A stretch of DNA of 63,848 nucleotides, filler included, from Octopus bimaculoides (lineage: Eukaryota): NCBI RefSeq assembly GCF_001194135.2. It is 6 parts of 5 records of this genome, joined end to end, with 100 filler letters (N's around TTAATTAATTAA, not from the genome) between each part and the next. Parts side by side here need not be neighbours in the genome. Positions count along the whole stretch, not along the records: positions 1 to 21,095 come from NC_068983.1; positions 21,196 to 27,379 come from NC_068983.1; 4 more parts are not named here. One strand, written 5' to 3'. Positions 13,479-24,847 of this stretch are shown here, piece after piece (positions within the stretch are counted from its first letter, which is position 1; each line of letters opens with the position of its first letter). The notes under the pieces are model-generated. The model did no database searches. It saw only the letters and a program-made list of their open reading frames with translations, and had not been told where the DNA came from. Both the position numbers and the translations under genes were made by a program.

Positions 13479-13740
13479 GTGCTTGTGTAGTCCTGTTTCT
13501 TCCGGGCATGTCAATCTTAACTACAAATTCCACCATGGCGTTCCTGCGCGTGAGGCTTAACACTTCACCCTGTTGAACACTATCACTTGACTATTTCGGT
13601 GTCGTCAGTGATGTTTACCCTGTGCAAGCACAAATGTCAATTCTGTAGTTTCGTGATATTTTATCTTTGCGCCAATCTCACAGCCATGGAACGGGCGATG
13701 GGCATCGTTCACCATGTAGGAGAAGGGAAAACATACGAAT
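13479..13740. promoter_or_regulatory. CpG-rich unique island: candidate promoter/first exon or structured ncRNA
   Basis: CTTCCGG (ETS-like) at 13499, ACTACAAATTCC (ZNF143/ACTACA-like) at 13520, CACCATGGCG (Kozak/YY1-like) at 13531; also folds with a 12-bp closing stem. Confidence 0.35.
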
Positions 13741-16140
13741 AAGGCATACTGTTTTTATATCAGGAAGAAATCATACCCTCTATTGGGATAGTACACAAGA
13801 TCACACAAATTGAAGCATATGTTATGATTATGTATACAAGGAACGACAGGCACGCTGGAGATGAAAATGATTGAAAGGAAAACTTAGGTGCTTGTCACAG
13901 GGATCCAAATAAATATCATCTTTTTCTCATGATGTAAAAGTTTCAGCAATCTCATGCAAAGACGATAGGCAGGAACAGAAGTACATAGATAAATTTGTAA
14001 CATCAGCACACTGCATAACTTCTTTATTGCATTGTTTATGCGTGAAATGTTGAAGTTGCAGCAAAACATGAGGGAGAAAGATAGAAAGAGCAAATCCTAT
14101 GTGCAATGCCTAGTAAAATTTTGAACTGACTCAAATTGAGCTGAAGATGTGTGCCGTAGAATTTAAATGCTTCAAAAACATATGTTTTTGTTCAGAAATA
14201 TAAAACATTTTTTCTGTCACTGCTGTGTTTTTTATCGTATTAATCCCATATTTTCACACTTCTACTTAAATAATTGAGATACTAAAAGAAGCCATCGCTA
14301 GGAGCCTCCCATTGCCACATAGGTTACACTGTTCTTTATATCTGTTTATGATATAATAGCTGTAGAGTTTCCGGGGCCATACTAAAATGCTAAATTTATT
14401 TATTCTAAAAATATTCATGATTATCTGTCTAACCATTTTTGAAATAAACTTTGGGCCTGAATACTCTAATTCACCAATTTGTGAATATCTGACATTGCTT
14501 TTAATTGAGATCTGCACCAATACATATAAGATGGTTATTTAATATAATCAGAATCAATAAAATTTAAATTGCATCAACAGTGGCAACTTCAATTTTTACC
14601 TTCTCTACGTTGCATGTGATGCAAAACAAACTTAAATGTAGAATGTACAGAGTAACGTAAGAAAAGTTTGTATCATTCCAAAACTTAATATTAGTATCAA
14701 AGTAGAAGTGAGACGTTGACGTTTCTTCACAATAATGGAAAAACCGTGAAAACCCTTTCCATGTTATTTCTTAATATAGGGTTAGATTACCTCAACAAGA
14801 TAAAGTCAAACATCAATCGCATAAGTTAAATTGTTAAATTAAAACGCTGAAGAAAATGAGTTTATTAATGCTATGGACATCGTATTTATCTTTTAAAATA
14901 GATTACTAGACAGTATATTAATACTTAAGCAGAGGTACCTCACGTTAAAAAGGAGCAAAACCTCAAAGAAATTTGTTAAGTGCTATAAATATAATCAGTT
15001 TACACATATACGTTGGAACATAAATCTCGACTGACATATTTTATGAAGTGATTTTATCAATCTATTGGAGAAGCAATCATTAGTTTAGTCTTTGATGTAT
15101 CATAAGTGATATTGACTGAAAAATTGATATAATATACATGAAAGGAAACTAAAAATGTAAGATAAATGTTAGAAGTGGTTACCATTCTTTGAAATCCGTA
15201 GTTGTGTATTTTTTTTTTAATAAATGGAAAAATTCTCAATAAAAATATTTGGATCTTAATAGATAAACTTCTTTGGTAATCGATTAGGCTGCATATTTTG
15301 TTTGCGACACTTAATTTAAACGCAGTTTAAAGTTTGATTTCATACTGACTTGTACAAACATAAAACATTTTATTAGAAGGAACATATCGTATATTACGTT
15401 CATGTGACGTACGAAATATTGCTGGGATAATTGTGAAGAAAATTCACCTATTTAAAATTGGAACCAGATATGTAGTTTCTACTCAGGTAAAGCAACTCCA
15501 AATTTTAACTTATTTCCGTTCCCCTTTACATTTTTCCATAGAAAGAAAGCACTGCTCAACCGTAACTATTATTTTAGAGAAATCTCATTGATTTATTGAG
15601 TATCCAAATACGTATATAAATACAGCGACACATGTAAATTTATTTCGACAACTCATATTTGATATCCGAACGTTTAGTTCAACGAACTTCCAATAAGTCG
15701 CAGGAGCCATACACCGAGCAGCCGTTAATTTGTTATTTATTAAGAGACAATAAACGAGGCCAACATACTAATACTGTTATTTATTTTACTATAATGTCTA
15801 ATTATTTGCATTTTTGCGTTAATTACACGAAAGAGTAAATAACGTGTAAATATATAACTTATTGTGTTATTTCACATGTGTTTTAGGTATGAAAACATAT
15901 AGGCCAAGGTTCAGTGGTTGATAAATTGATCACTATAAACACTCTATTTATATATTCACTCCCCACACGTAATAAGTTGGGTGTGTGTTTCTCTAGTATC
16001 CGCTCACTGGTTTAATACCACTTCAGTCACAAGGATGCCAGATATGCATAAAAGTGTACACACAATACACACACACACACACGCACACACACACACACAC
16101 ACGCACGCACACACATACACACATCTATACAATTGAACAC

Positions 16141-16261
16141 TATTTACATTATTTTTGTTTGTTGTTAACACAACGTTTCGGCTGATATACCCTCCAGTCT
16201 TCATCAGGTATCTTGGGGAAATTTCGAACCTGGGTTCTCATTTCTATGGTATTTTTCGATA

Positions 16262-16321
<60 letters not shown>
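16141..16321 (-). mobile_element. Penelope-like element terminal fragment with adjoining (ATT)n
   Basis: Contains a minimal hammerhead motif of the type associated with Penelope-like element (PLE) termini; (ATT)n at 16262-16321. Confidence 0.55.
16167..16213 (-). ncRNA. Minimal type I hammerhead ribozyme motif
   Basis: Minus strand AGATAC-CTGATGA-A-GACTG[GAGGGTATAT]CAGCC-GAAACGTT-GTGTT: canonical core, helix II with one mismatch, palindromic AACGTT helix III, helix I GATAC/GTGTT with G-U pairs. Confidence 0.65.
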
Positions 16322-16322
<1 letters not shown>

Positions 16323-18005
16323 GTCTTGTCGATATGAGACAAGACATATCTTGTTTTAGATATAAGAAACACTCGGCAGTGACACACATCATCTCAAATA
16401 TAGAAATATTCCATTCATCTGGTCATGATCCATAATAGATTCAAGATTCCCATACCAGAGTCAACACTCAGCCTGTTATCTATGTCTAAAAGAGGCAATC
16501 CACATATTAAAACACAACTCTTCAAACCTCCTAATGAGGCTCTAGGTAAATGGAACCACCGCTTTCTTCATACCTTCAAATTTTACCACAAATAGAAATG
16601 CAACTTAAATCACTCCACGGTACATATTACGGAAGCCCTTATGTAATCTCCAGCAATTCTACTTCACTTTCCATTATCCCTGTTTTTAATTAACACTACA
16701 ATCTTATCTTTCAATTGTTTAATAATACATATATCGACATGTATATGGATATTTATATATACGTGTGTGTGTGTGTATGCATATATATGGGTGTGGACAT
16801 ACATATATGTGCATATATGCGTATAGACTTAAGAACATAAGTATGCGGACCTATATGATACTGCATATACACAAGTATATGTATGTGTGTGCACGCGTGC
16901 GTATATGGATATACGCTTCTTTCTTTCTCTCTCTATTTTCTGATCCCTCACTATCACATTATCTAGTAGAATAAACACTTCCGTCTAATTTTAGAATCTT
17001 GATTATTATATCTTAGTTTTCTTCCCTTCCCCTTCGAGGTTTACTACTCACTTTAGTAATCGCCCCCCGTACCATTTTCTGTATCCATCCCTTAGTGTCT
17101 TTCAAATATATCGCTCCACCTCACACACCTCGCATATAGTCATTGTTATCTTTTCGTATCGCTCCCCTGATCCTCTCCCATCCCCATTATAATATCTTGA
17201 CCACCAACTAATTGTTTTGCTTCCATTTTCTCTTCCTCTTTCTTTTTTTATTTCGTCTTTCCTCACCTATTTCTTTTGACCATTCTCCTAATTTTAACAT
17301 ACACATATTTTCTCTCCTCTCTATCTACATAATACTACTACTCCATTCTCAAAATTTCATCCACGCCACAAGACCCATTTGAATGAACAGAACATAGAAT
17401 CCACATCTCAACGCTTTCTGTTTGTAATGTCAAAATATGAACTGCTATCGGAATATACATACCATGGGCAAGAAGCATTTCTACCACTTCTACACACCAC
17501 TTTCCTCTGACAATGGAACTATAACTATAACATCCTACATATCTTCTTATTTCCTTTTATACTTCCTATTTCCATCCTTTTCCAAATAGTCTCCTTGTAT
17601 TGAAATCTACCCGTTCCCTCTATTTAACAATCTCACATCGTCTCTGATGGAGATATATACCTAATATCCTAGAAAAAACTGTCAGTCTAACTTTTTCTAT
17701 ATAAATGTCCTCAAATTTACAGAGAGCCTTGGCTATGTTGTTTCATTTAGTTTAACATACACATGCTCATAAAAGAGCCACATTAGAATGCTCAGTCATA
17801 TTGTTATAGATTCGAGAGTTTAACTACAGCGCTTCCATAGCACTTACATGGCCTTACCTGCCACCTTGGGCTTTCTGGGTGCCAATATCTCTCATATATA
17901 TATAAATATAAATATATATATATACATACGCATATGTGTATATACATATATATATAAATGCATACATACATAAATACATACATACATACATACATATATA
18001 CATAT

Positions 18006-18054
<49 letters not shown>

Positions 18055-18310
18055 NNNNNNNNNNNNNNNNNNNNNNNNNNNNNNNNNNNNNNNNNNNNNN
18101 NNNNNNNNNNNNNNNNNNNNNNNNNNNNNNNNNNNNNNNNNNNNNNNNNNNNNNNNNNNNNNNNNNNNNNNNNNNNNNNNNNNNNNNNNNNNNNNNNNNN
18201 NNNNNNNNNNNNNNNNNNNNNNNNNNNNNNNNNNNNNNNNNNNNNNNNNNNNNNNNNNNNNNNNNNNNNNNNNNNNNNNNNNNNNNNNNNNNNNNNNNNN
18301 NNNNNNNNNN

Positions 18311-18346
<36 letters not shown>

Positions 18347-18353
18347 ATGTATA

Positions 18354-18668
18354 ATTATCCTGTGCAGATGAAGAGAAAAAACCCAGAGACCATGGTTCGC
18401 AGGTACCGCCTAAGGCTGAGTGGGGACAATAGCTCCCTTGTTCGAAGTAGGTTTTAATCTTTAGTACTGTTGCTACTTATTTCTTGCTCACAGATTTAAA
18501 ACTAAATTGTTTTCCCCTTTACAAAATCAATAACTGTGTGTCACCTCAAAAGTATACACCTCGAACAAGTGCTGCAATCTCAAGCCAACGGTTATCCTAT
18601 GCCGATAAAGAGAAACAAGCCAGAAACCATGGTCCGCAGGTACCATTTAAGGCTGAGTTGGGACATTA
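18354..18668 (+). repeat. Two diverged ~77 bp direct repeats (18354-18430, 18592-18668)
   Basis: ttatcct...aagagaaa...ccaga(g/a)accatggt(t/c)cgcaggtacc...taaggctgagt(g/t)gggaca in both copies. Confidence 0.85.
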
Positions 18669-18791
18669 TTTTGAGGTATAAGGACGCATTTGTGCGTCGG
18701 TAGCCAGCTGGAAAGGGTGTTTTCCTTAGGCTAAAATAGATTGTAACATCTTCCTAATCAAGACTCCCAATTTATTTTGGCAAATAAGTTT

Positions 18792-18829
<38 letters not shown>

Positions 18830-18870
18830 ATATATATACATACACGCATATGTGTGCATGTATGTATGTG

Positions 18871-18931
<61 letters not shown>

Positions 18932-19499
18932 ATTTTACGAGCAATACTCTACCGTCATAACATGTATTTCTTGATATATATAAAATTGTTTTCATTTATT
19001 TAGAAAATATTCACCGACGATACAAGAAAAAAAAATAGAGGAAATAAGATAAGAATATCAACTTTGCAATTATTTTCAAACACTCAAATAAACAGTCTTG
19101 GCATTTAAGAGTAGACATAGCTTAACATTATGACATTTACAATCAACAATCAATATAAAAATTAACTCCAACTTTCTCGAATTGAATAGATTATATTTTT
19201 TACTTAAACTTTCACACTTGAAATATTAACATCAATATATCAAAAATATTGAAATAGTTTAGTCTTCATAAATACGTATAAAAGTATAAGAATTAACAGT
19301 AGAACTTATTTTCATATCCTATACAATTGTATTTTACAGCAGCATTGAAAACATGATATTATAATGAGTTTGAAAAATATTTCCGTGAAATGTAGCCGAA
19401 CATTTGTCGATATATAGTACTGCATTTGATTTTGTAACGTACGTGTCGTCATCATATTTTATTCACTTTGAGTTACCATGTTATTAAATTTTCTTACAT

Positions 19500-19815
19500 A
19501 TATCGTCTGGATTAATGCTGCCAACTGTGTTCACCGCAGAGCGTCAAACTGATAAGGGTAATTGCAGCAGTCCAGCGCCACTACACCATGAATATTGAGT
19601 CGGTGAAATAGATGAGTTACTGGGAGAGGTTAAAATAATTGAAGCCTTATCCTCTGGAGACAAGGCAAGGTATGCAGTGATACACACATGGAGGACATGG
19701 AGTTCTAGCTCCCAGCTTTGGAATTAAAAGCTATGCCAAATGGAAGGCACTGCATAATATCAAATATCTCGTCTTCTCCGTCTCAAGTAAAGACCCAGTA
19801 TTACAACGGGTGGGT
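19500..19815 (+). mobile_element. CR1/L2-group LINE 3' ORF2 fragment
   Basis: Translates MSYWERLK*LKPYPLE, the same C-terminal motif as at 9757-9972. Confidence 0.55.
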
Positions 19816-19819
19816 AACC

Positions 19820-20048
19820 GAAGGCAAGGATTATGACACCATTCACCAACTTAAACAAAGAAGAGTTACAGGAAACTCTTAAGTCGTTTGGAGGCCGTGG
19901 TTGAAGCCAATAGGAGTTTTGTTGAACGAATTTACTTTTTAGTATCTCGAGATATTTTAATGTAAATTTGGTAACTATATCTGTCAAAATGAGATGTGTT
20001 ATTTTCATTTTTACGTTATTTAGACGACATAATATTCACCGCTCACTG
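19820..20048 (+). mobile_element. Tc1/mariner (maT/DD37D-like) 3' end
   Basis: Homologous to 28380-28621; includes ...LEAVVEAN and ends aatattcaccgctcactg followed by TA. Confidence 0.7.
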
Positions 20049-20451
20049 TATACATACATACATACATACATATATATATATATATACATATATANNNNNN
20101 NNNNNNNNNNNNNNNNNNNNNNNNNNNNNNNNNNNNNNNNNNNNNNNNNNNNNNNNNNNNNNNNNNNNNNNNNNNNNNNNNNNNNNNNNNNNNNNNNNNN
20201 NNNNNNNNNNNNNNNNNNNNNNNNNNNNNNNNNNNNNNNNNNNNNNNNNNNNNNNNNNNNNNNNNNNNNNNNNNNNNNNNNNNNNNNNNNNNNNNNNNNN
20301 NNNNNNNNNNNNNNNNNNNNNNNNNNNNNNNNNNNNNNNNNNNNNNNNNNNNNNNNNNNNNNNNNNNNNNNNNNNNNNNNNNNNNNNNNNNNNNNNNNNN
20401 NNNNNNNNNNNNNNNNNNNNNNNNNNNNNNNNNNNNNNNNNNNNNNNNNNN

Positions 20452-20496
<45 letters not shown>

Positions 20497-20948
20497 TAGA
20501 TAGATAGATAGATAGATAGATACATAGATACATAGATAGATACATAGATAGATACATAGATAGATATACATATATATACAGAGAGAGAGAGAGGTCGCAA
20601 AAGAGACAGTATGTACTGTCTAACGTCGCTATTGCTAGAAATAAAAGTTAACACGAAACACTGCCACAGACTACTATATTACTGACTGACAAAGTGAGAT
20701 CAGACTTATAATCGGATTACCGATTTCGGATTTTGATGTAGCCCATCATAATCCTCATTAGCAACTCTTAACGGCTAAGGTTAAACTGGACTACCTCTGT
20801 CAGTCTTATATGAAAAACTGTTGAAAACGTGCCGATTTTCAAAGCGGTAGAAATGTATACAACACATTAAGTGACTTATTATTAATTTCAACCTAAAGAC
20901 AAAATTAATCAAGGTCACGTAAGTGAGAGAGGGTACTCACTAACACCA

Positions 20949-21042
20949 CTATTGCTAGAAAGAAGAAACAACTTCCTTTGTCTATCATTAAGATAGTGCT
21001 TTGTGGCTTTTGAGTTATTTAAACGCTTCTTTCTAGCAATAG
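20949..21042. repeat. 17-bp perfect inverted repeat with 60-nt spacer
   Basis: CTATTGCTAGAAAGAAG (20949-20965) and CTTCTTTCTAGCAATAG (21026-21042). Confidence 0.85.
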
Positions 21043-21139
21043 GTGTGCTAGTCTGTCACTTTTAGTTTTACCTTTAAGTTCTAATTGCTAATAAGNNNNN
21101 NNNNNNNNNNNNNNNNNNNNNNNNNNNNNNNNNNNNNNN

Positions 21140-21151
21140 TTAATTAATTAA
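21140..21151. other. Artificial scaffold linker N44-TTAATTAATTAA-N44 (also 27424, 47140, 56409, 59749)
   Basis: The same 100-bp block occurs five times; the palindrome gives stop codons in all six frames. Confidence 0.95.
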
Positions 21152-21195
21152 NNNNNNNNNNNNNNNNNNNNNNNNNNNNNNNNNNNNNNNNNNNN

Positions 21196-21266
<71 letters not shown>

Positions 21267-21599
21267 GGAATATATGCAATGACATAACATGAATTCTGGA
21301 TTTATCGAAATTAGCACCGCATGGTCTTCTTTCTTTGACAGTGAGATCAGTTTGAAATGAAACGGGGAGAAATTACACCAATGTTGATTTAAGAAATGAG
21401 ATTTTGACTGTCTGGAGACAAAGTGACAGCTGAAAACACGTCTATCCTTTGCTATGGTCGTCGTCAGCAAAGTGGCTAGCGCCAGACACTTGAACATAGA
21501 AAAGAAAGTCTAGAACGCATTTATGACTAAGATCTGCATAAATAAAAGAGAAGGATTTTGATCGCAATCTTGGGATGTTAGGTTTGATCCCATTGATAT

Positions 21600-22676
21600 G
21601 TTGAGCTCAACATATATATTTCATCAAATGCTAACGGGATACTTAGAAGTAGTAGATAGTTTACGTTATCTTGGTGACCAAGTCAACGGTGGAGATGGAT
21701 TCTTTAAGAGCATAAATGCTGCAAGAAGAATAAGCTGGGGAAAATTTTAGAGAACCTCTACCTTTGACAATAAAGAGCTTCTCCCTCACAATGAAATACA
21801 CATTGTATGATACCTGTGTGCGAACATCCATGCTATACGACAGTGAAACATGAGCTGTGACTGCAGAGGGTAGCGAAAGCTTGAAAGAACAAATGAAGTT
21901 AGAACAATTGAATGTCTGGTACTTTCTTTTGTTAAACAAGTGGGTGTATGTCTCAGGGAGTTGTTTTATACCTGAAAATCTATAAAATATTATATGTTGC
22001 TTCATTTCTGAGAGGACCAAACGGTCTAAGTTTAGTGAAAGGATTTAGTGAAAGGAATATTTGGATATTCTCATTTTTATGTCGATCCTTTCGTAATTAT
22101 TGGCTGACATAAAGGGAAATGTTTCTCTACATAAGCGGGAGTGGAATAGTTACAGCACAGGATGTGATCTCTACCTTGCTAAGAGCTAACGTCTTGCTTA
22201 GTTCACGTACGACAGAGTGTAAGCTTCTTCAGAGAAAAATTGGGCATAAGAGGCATTAGATGTGGTGTCTAAGAGAGATGAATGCGCTGGTATGGTCATG
22301 TAATGCCTTTGGACGGGGAAAGCTGGTCTAACTGTGGAAAACGTAAACCCAAGAAGACATGGAGGTGGTGAAGCATGATCTTCGGATGTGGAGGCGAAGA
22401 CAAGTGATCGCGACCTTTGGTGACTTGATGTGCTTGAGAAGACACGTCAAGGTAAGTGAAATCTTAGTCGTGGCCAGTGCCGGTGATATGCAAAAGACAC
22501 CAATGCTAGTGACACATAGAAAGCACCCACTACATTTCTGGAGTGGTTGGCAATAGGAAGAGCATCCAGTTGTAGAAACCAAGCCAAATCCGACCAGTGT
22601 ATGTTACTGCTCTCCAGTCAAACCGTCGAACCTATGCCAGCACGGAAAACGGACGCTAAATGATGATGATGACGAT
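21600..22676 (+). mobile_element. RTE-clade LINE 3' fragment interrupted by a 297-bp insertion
   Basis: LEVVDSLRYLGDQV, CVRTSMLYDSET, then after 22200 VHVRQSVSFFREKLGIRGIRCGV*ER*MRWYGHVM; 3' UTR GGTTGGCAATAGGAAGAGCATCCAG and (GAT)n tail. Confidence 0.8.
21904..22200 (+). repeat. ~297 bp direct repeat, copy 1 (inside the RTE)
   Basis: Highly similar to 22989-23285 by direct comparison. Confidence 0.92.
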
Positions 22677-22988
22677 ATATACACATATATGCACGTATAA
22701 AAATATTAAAATGTATAAATATATCAATGTACATATATACATAAGCGTGTGCGTGTGTGCGTGTACACGTGAGTGTGAGTGTGTGTATATGTGTATATAT
22801 GCGTATATAATCTCATTTATTGCAAGAAAATATTCCAGTTTTTGACTGCGACAACTGCGAAGGAGAAACATTCCATTTGCTTCCCAGGATCAAGGCGCTC
22901 GCAACTAGGCTTTCAAATATTTATACACAAAAGTATTGATTTCTTCTTCATATGCAGAATGGAATCAATTTAAGGGAATGGAAAATAG

Positions 22989-23285
22989 ACAATTGAATAT
23001 CTAGTACTTTCTTTTGTTAAACAAGTGGGTGTTGGTCTCGGAGTTTTTTTTTATACCTGAAAATCTATAAAATATTATATGTTGCTTCATTTTTGACAAG
23101 ACCAAACGGTCTAAATTTAGTGAAAGGATTTAGTGAAAGCAATATTTGGATATTCTCATTTTTATGTCGATCCTTTGATAATTATTGGCTGACATAAAGG
23201 GAAATGTTTCTCTGCGTAAGCGGGAGTGGAATAGTTACAGCACAGGATGTGATCTCAACCTTGCTAAGAGCTAACGTCTTGCTTA
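22989..23285 (+). repeat. ~297 bp direct repeat, copy 2
   Basis: Highly similar to 21904-22200. Confidence 0.92.
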
Positions 23286-23315
23286 AAGTGTGCATTTTCA
23301 TGTAATATATATATA

Positions 23316-23502
23316 TAAGTTCATCCCATAAGTTCTGTCCGATTTTACCATTTTTTAAAATAGTATTTTAGAATGTCTAATGGAGTTAAAAATTAAATAT
23401 TAAGCATTTGTGTACGTTTAAACTAATTAAATATTATTTTACAGAATAATAGAATTAAAATTTCTTTGATTAAAATCCTTTCAGTTCACGCTGAAGAGAA
23501 GC
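23316..23502 (+). mobile_element. Possible mariner-like element 5' end
   Basis: After TA: AAGTTCATCCCATAAGTTCTGTCCGATTTT, resembling mariner terminal inverted repeats (TIRs) from memory; runs into a gap. Confidence 0.25.
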
Positions 23503-23745
23503 ANNNNNNNNNNNNNNNNNNNNNNNNNNNNNNNNNNNNNNNNNNNNNNNNNNNNNNNNNNNNNNNNNNNNNNNNNNNNNNNNNNNNNNNNNNNNNNNNN
23601 NNNNNNNNNNNNNNNNNNNNNNNNNNNNNNNNNNNNNNNNNNNNNNNNNNNNNNNNNNNNNNNNNNNNNNNNNNNNNNNNNNNNNNNNNNNNNNNNNNNN
23701 NNNNNNNNNNNNNNNNNNNNNNNNNNNNNNNNNNNNNNNNNNNNN

Positions 23746-23782
<37 letters not shown>

Positions 23783-24019
23783 GGGATGGAGAGATTAATA
23801 GATAGATAGATACATGTATACTTTTATGACTAAATATTTCATCTAAAAAGTAACCATAAAAATGACTTGCATTAAAAGTTTTTCTTGATGCTACAATTCA
23901 TTATGATACTCTCTTCTTGCTGAATGTCAGTTGCCTTCCCCCAGCCTAATTTATAGCATTAAAAAGATTATCATTTATATTGTCCGTCATGTACATTTTT
24001 TGATGTAGCATATTTTCTA

Positions 24020-24217
24020 TGGCAGAACCGTTAGCACGCAGGACAAAGTGCTTAACAGTCTTTCGTCTGTTTTCACGTCCTAATTTCAAATTCCGCCGAG
24101 GTTGACTCCGCCTTTCATTCTTGCTGGTTCGATAAAATAAATACCAAATTGAGTATTGGGGTTGATGTAATTTACTTATCCCACCTCCCACAAACTTGTT
24201 GGTCTTGTGTCCAAAAT
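24020..24217 (+). mobile_element. SINE family A (a more degraded copy follows at ~24230-24446)
   Basis: TGGCAGAACCGTTAGCACG head and TTCAAATTCCGCCGAGGTTGAC body. Confidence 0.75.
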
Positions 24218-24461
24218 CATGATTATCTATGGTAGTGAGTTGGTAGAATTTCTCAACCCTCAGGCAAAATGACTTTGCAAGATTTGTTTCGGTATTTCGC
24301 CCTATCAGTTCAAAACACATCAAAGTTAATGTTATCTTTTACTCCTCCAGTGTCGATAAAATAAAGTACCAATCAAGTATTTGCGTTGATGGCTCCGACA
24401 GACTACTTCCCTGAAAATTGTTAAACTTCTGCATAAATTAGAATCTATTATCATTTCTTTT

Positions 24462-24847
24462 AACTTTTATTTTTCAGTCATTAGACTGCGGCCATGCTGG
24501 GGCACCGCCTTGAAGAGTTTTAGCTGAATGAATCGACTCCAGTATTTCTTTCTTAGGCCTGATACTTATTCTATCGGTCCCGTGCTGAATCGCAAAGCTG
24601 CAAGAATGCGAAACACCAGCACCAGTTGTCAAGCGGTGGTAGGGCAACAAACACAAACAAAAAGACACACAAGCGCGCGCACACACACATTTATATACGA
24701 CGGGCTTCTTTCAGGTTCCGTTTGCCAAATCAACTCACAATCGGCCCAAGGCTATAGTGGAAGATACTTTGCCAAGGTGCCATGCCGTAGGACTCAAGCG
24801 GGAACTATGTGGTTGGGAAGCAAACTTCTTACCACACAGCCACAGCC
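24462..24847 (-). mobile_element. tRNA-derived SINE, family B (near full length)
   Basis: Minus-strand head GGCTGTGTGGTAAGAAG, GGCACCTTGGCAAAGT core, internal microsatellite spacer, 3' CCAGCATGGCCGCAGTC. Confidence 0.85.
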
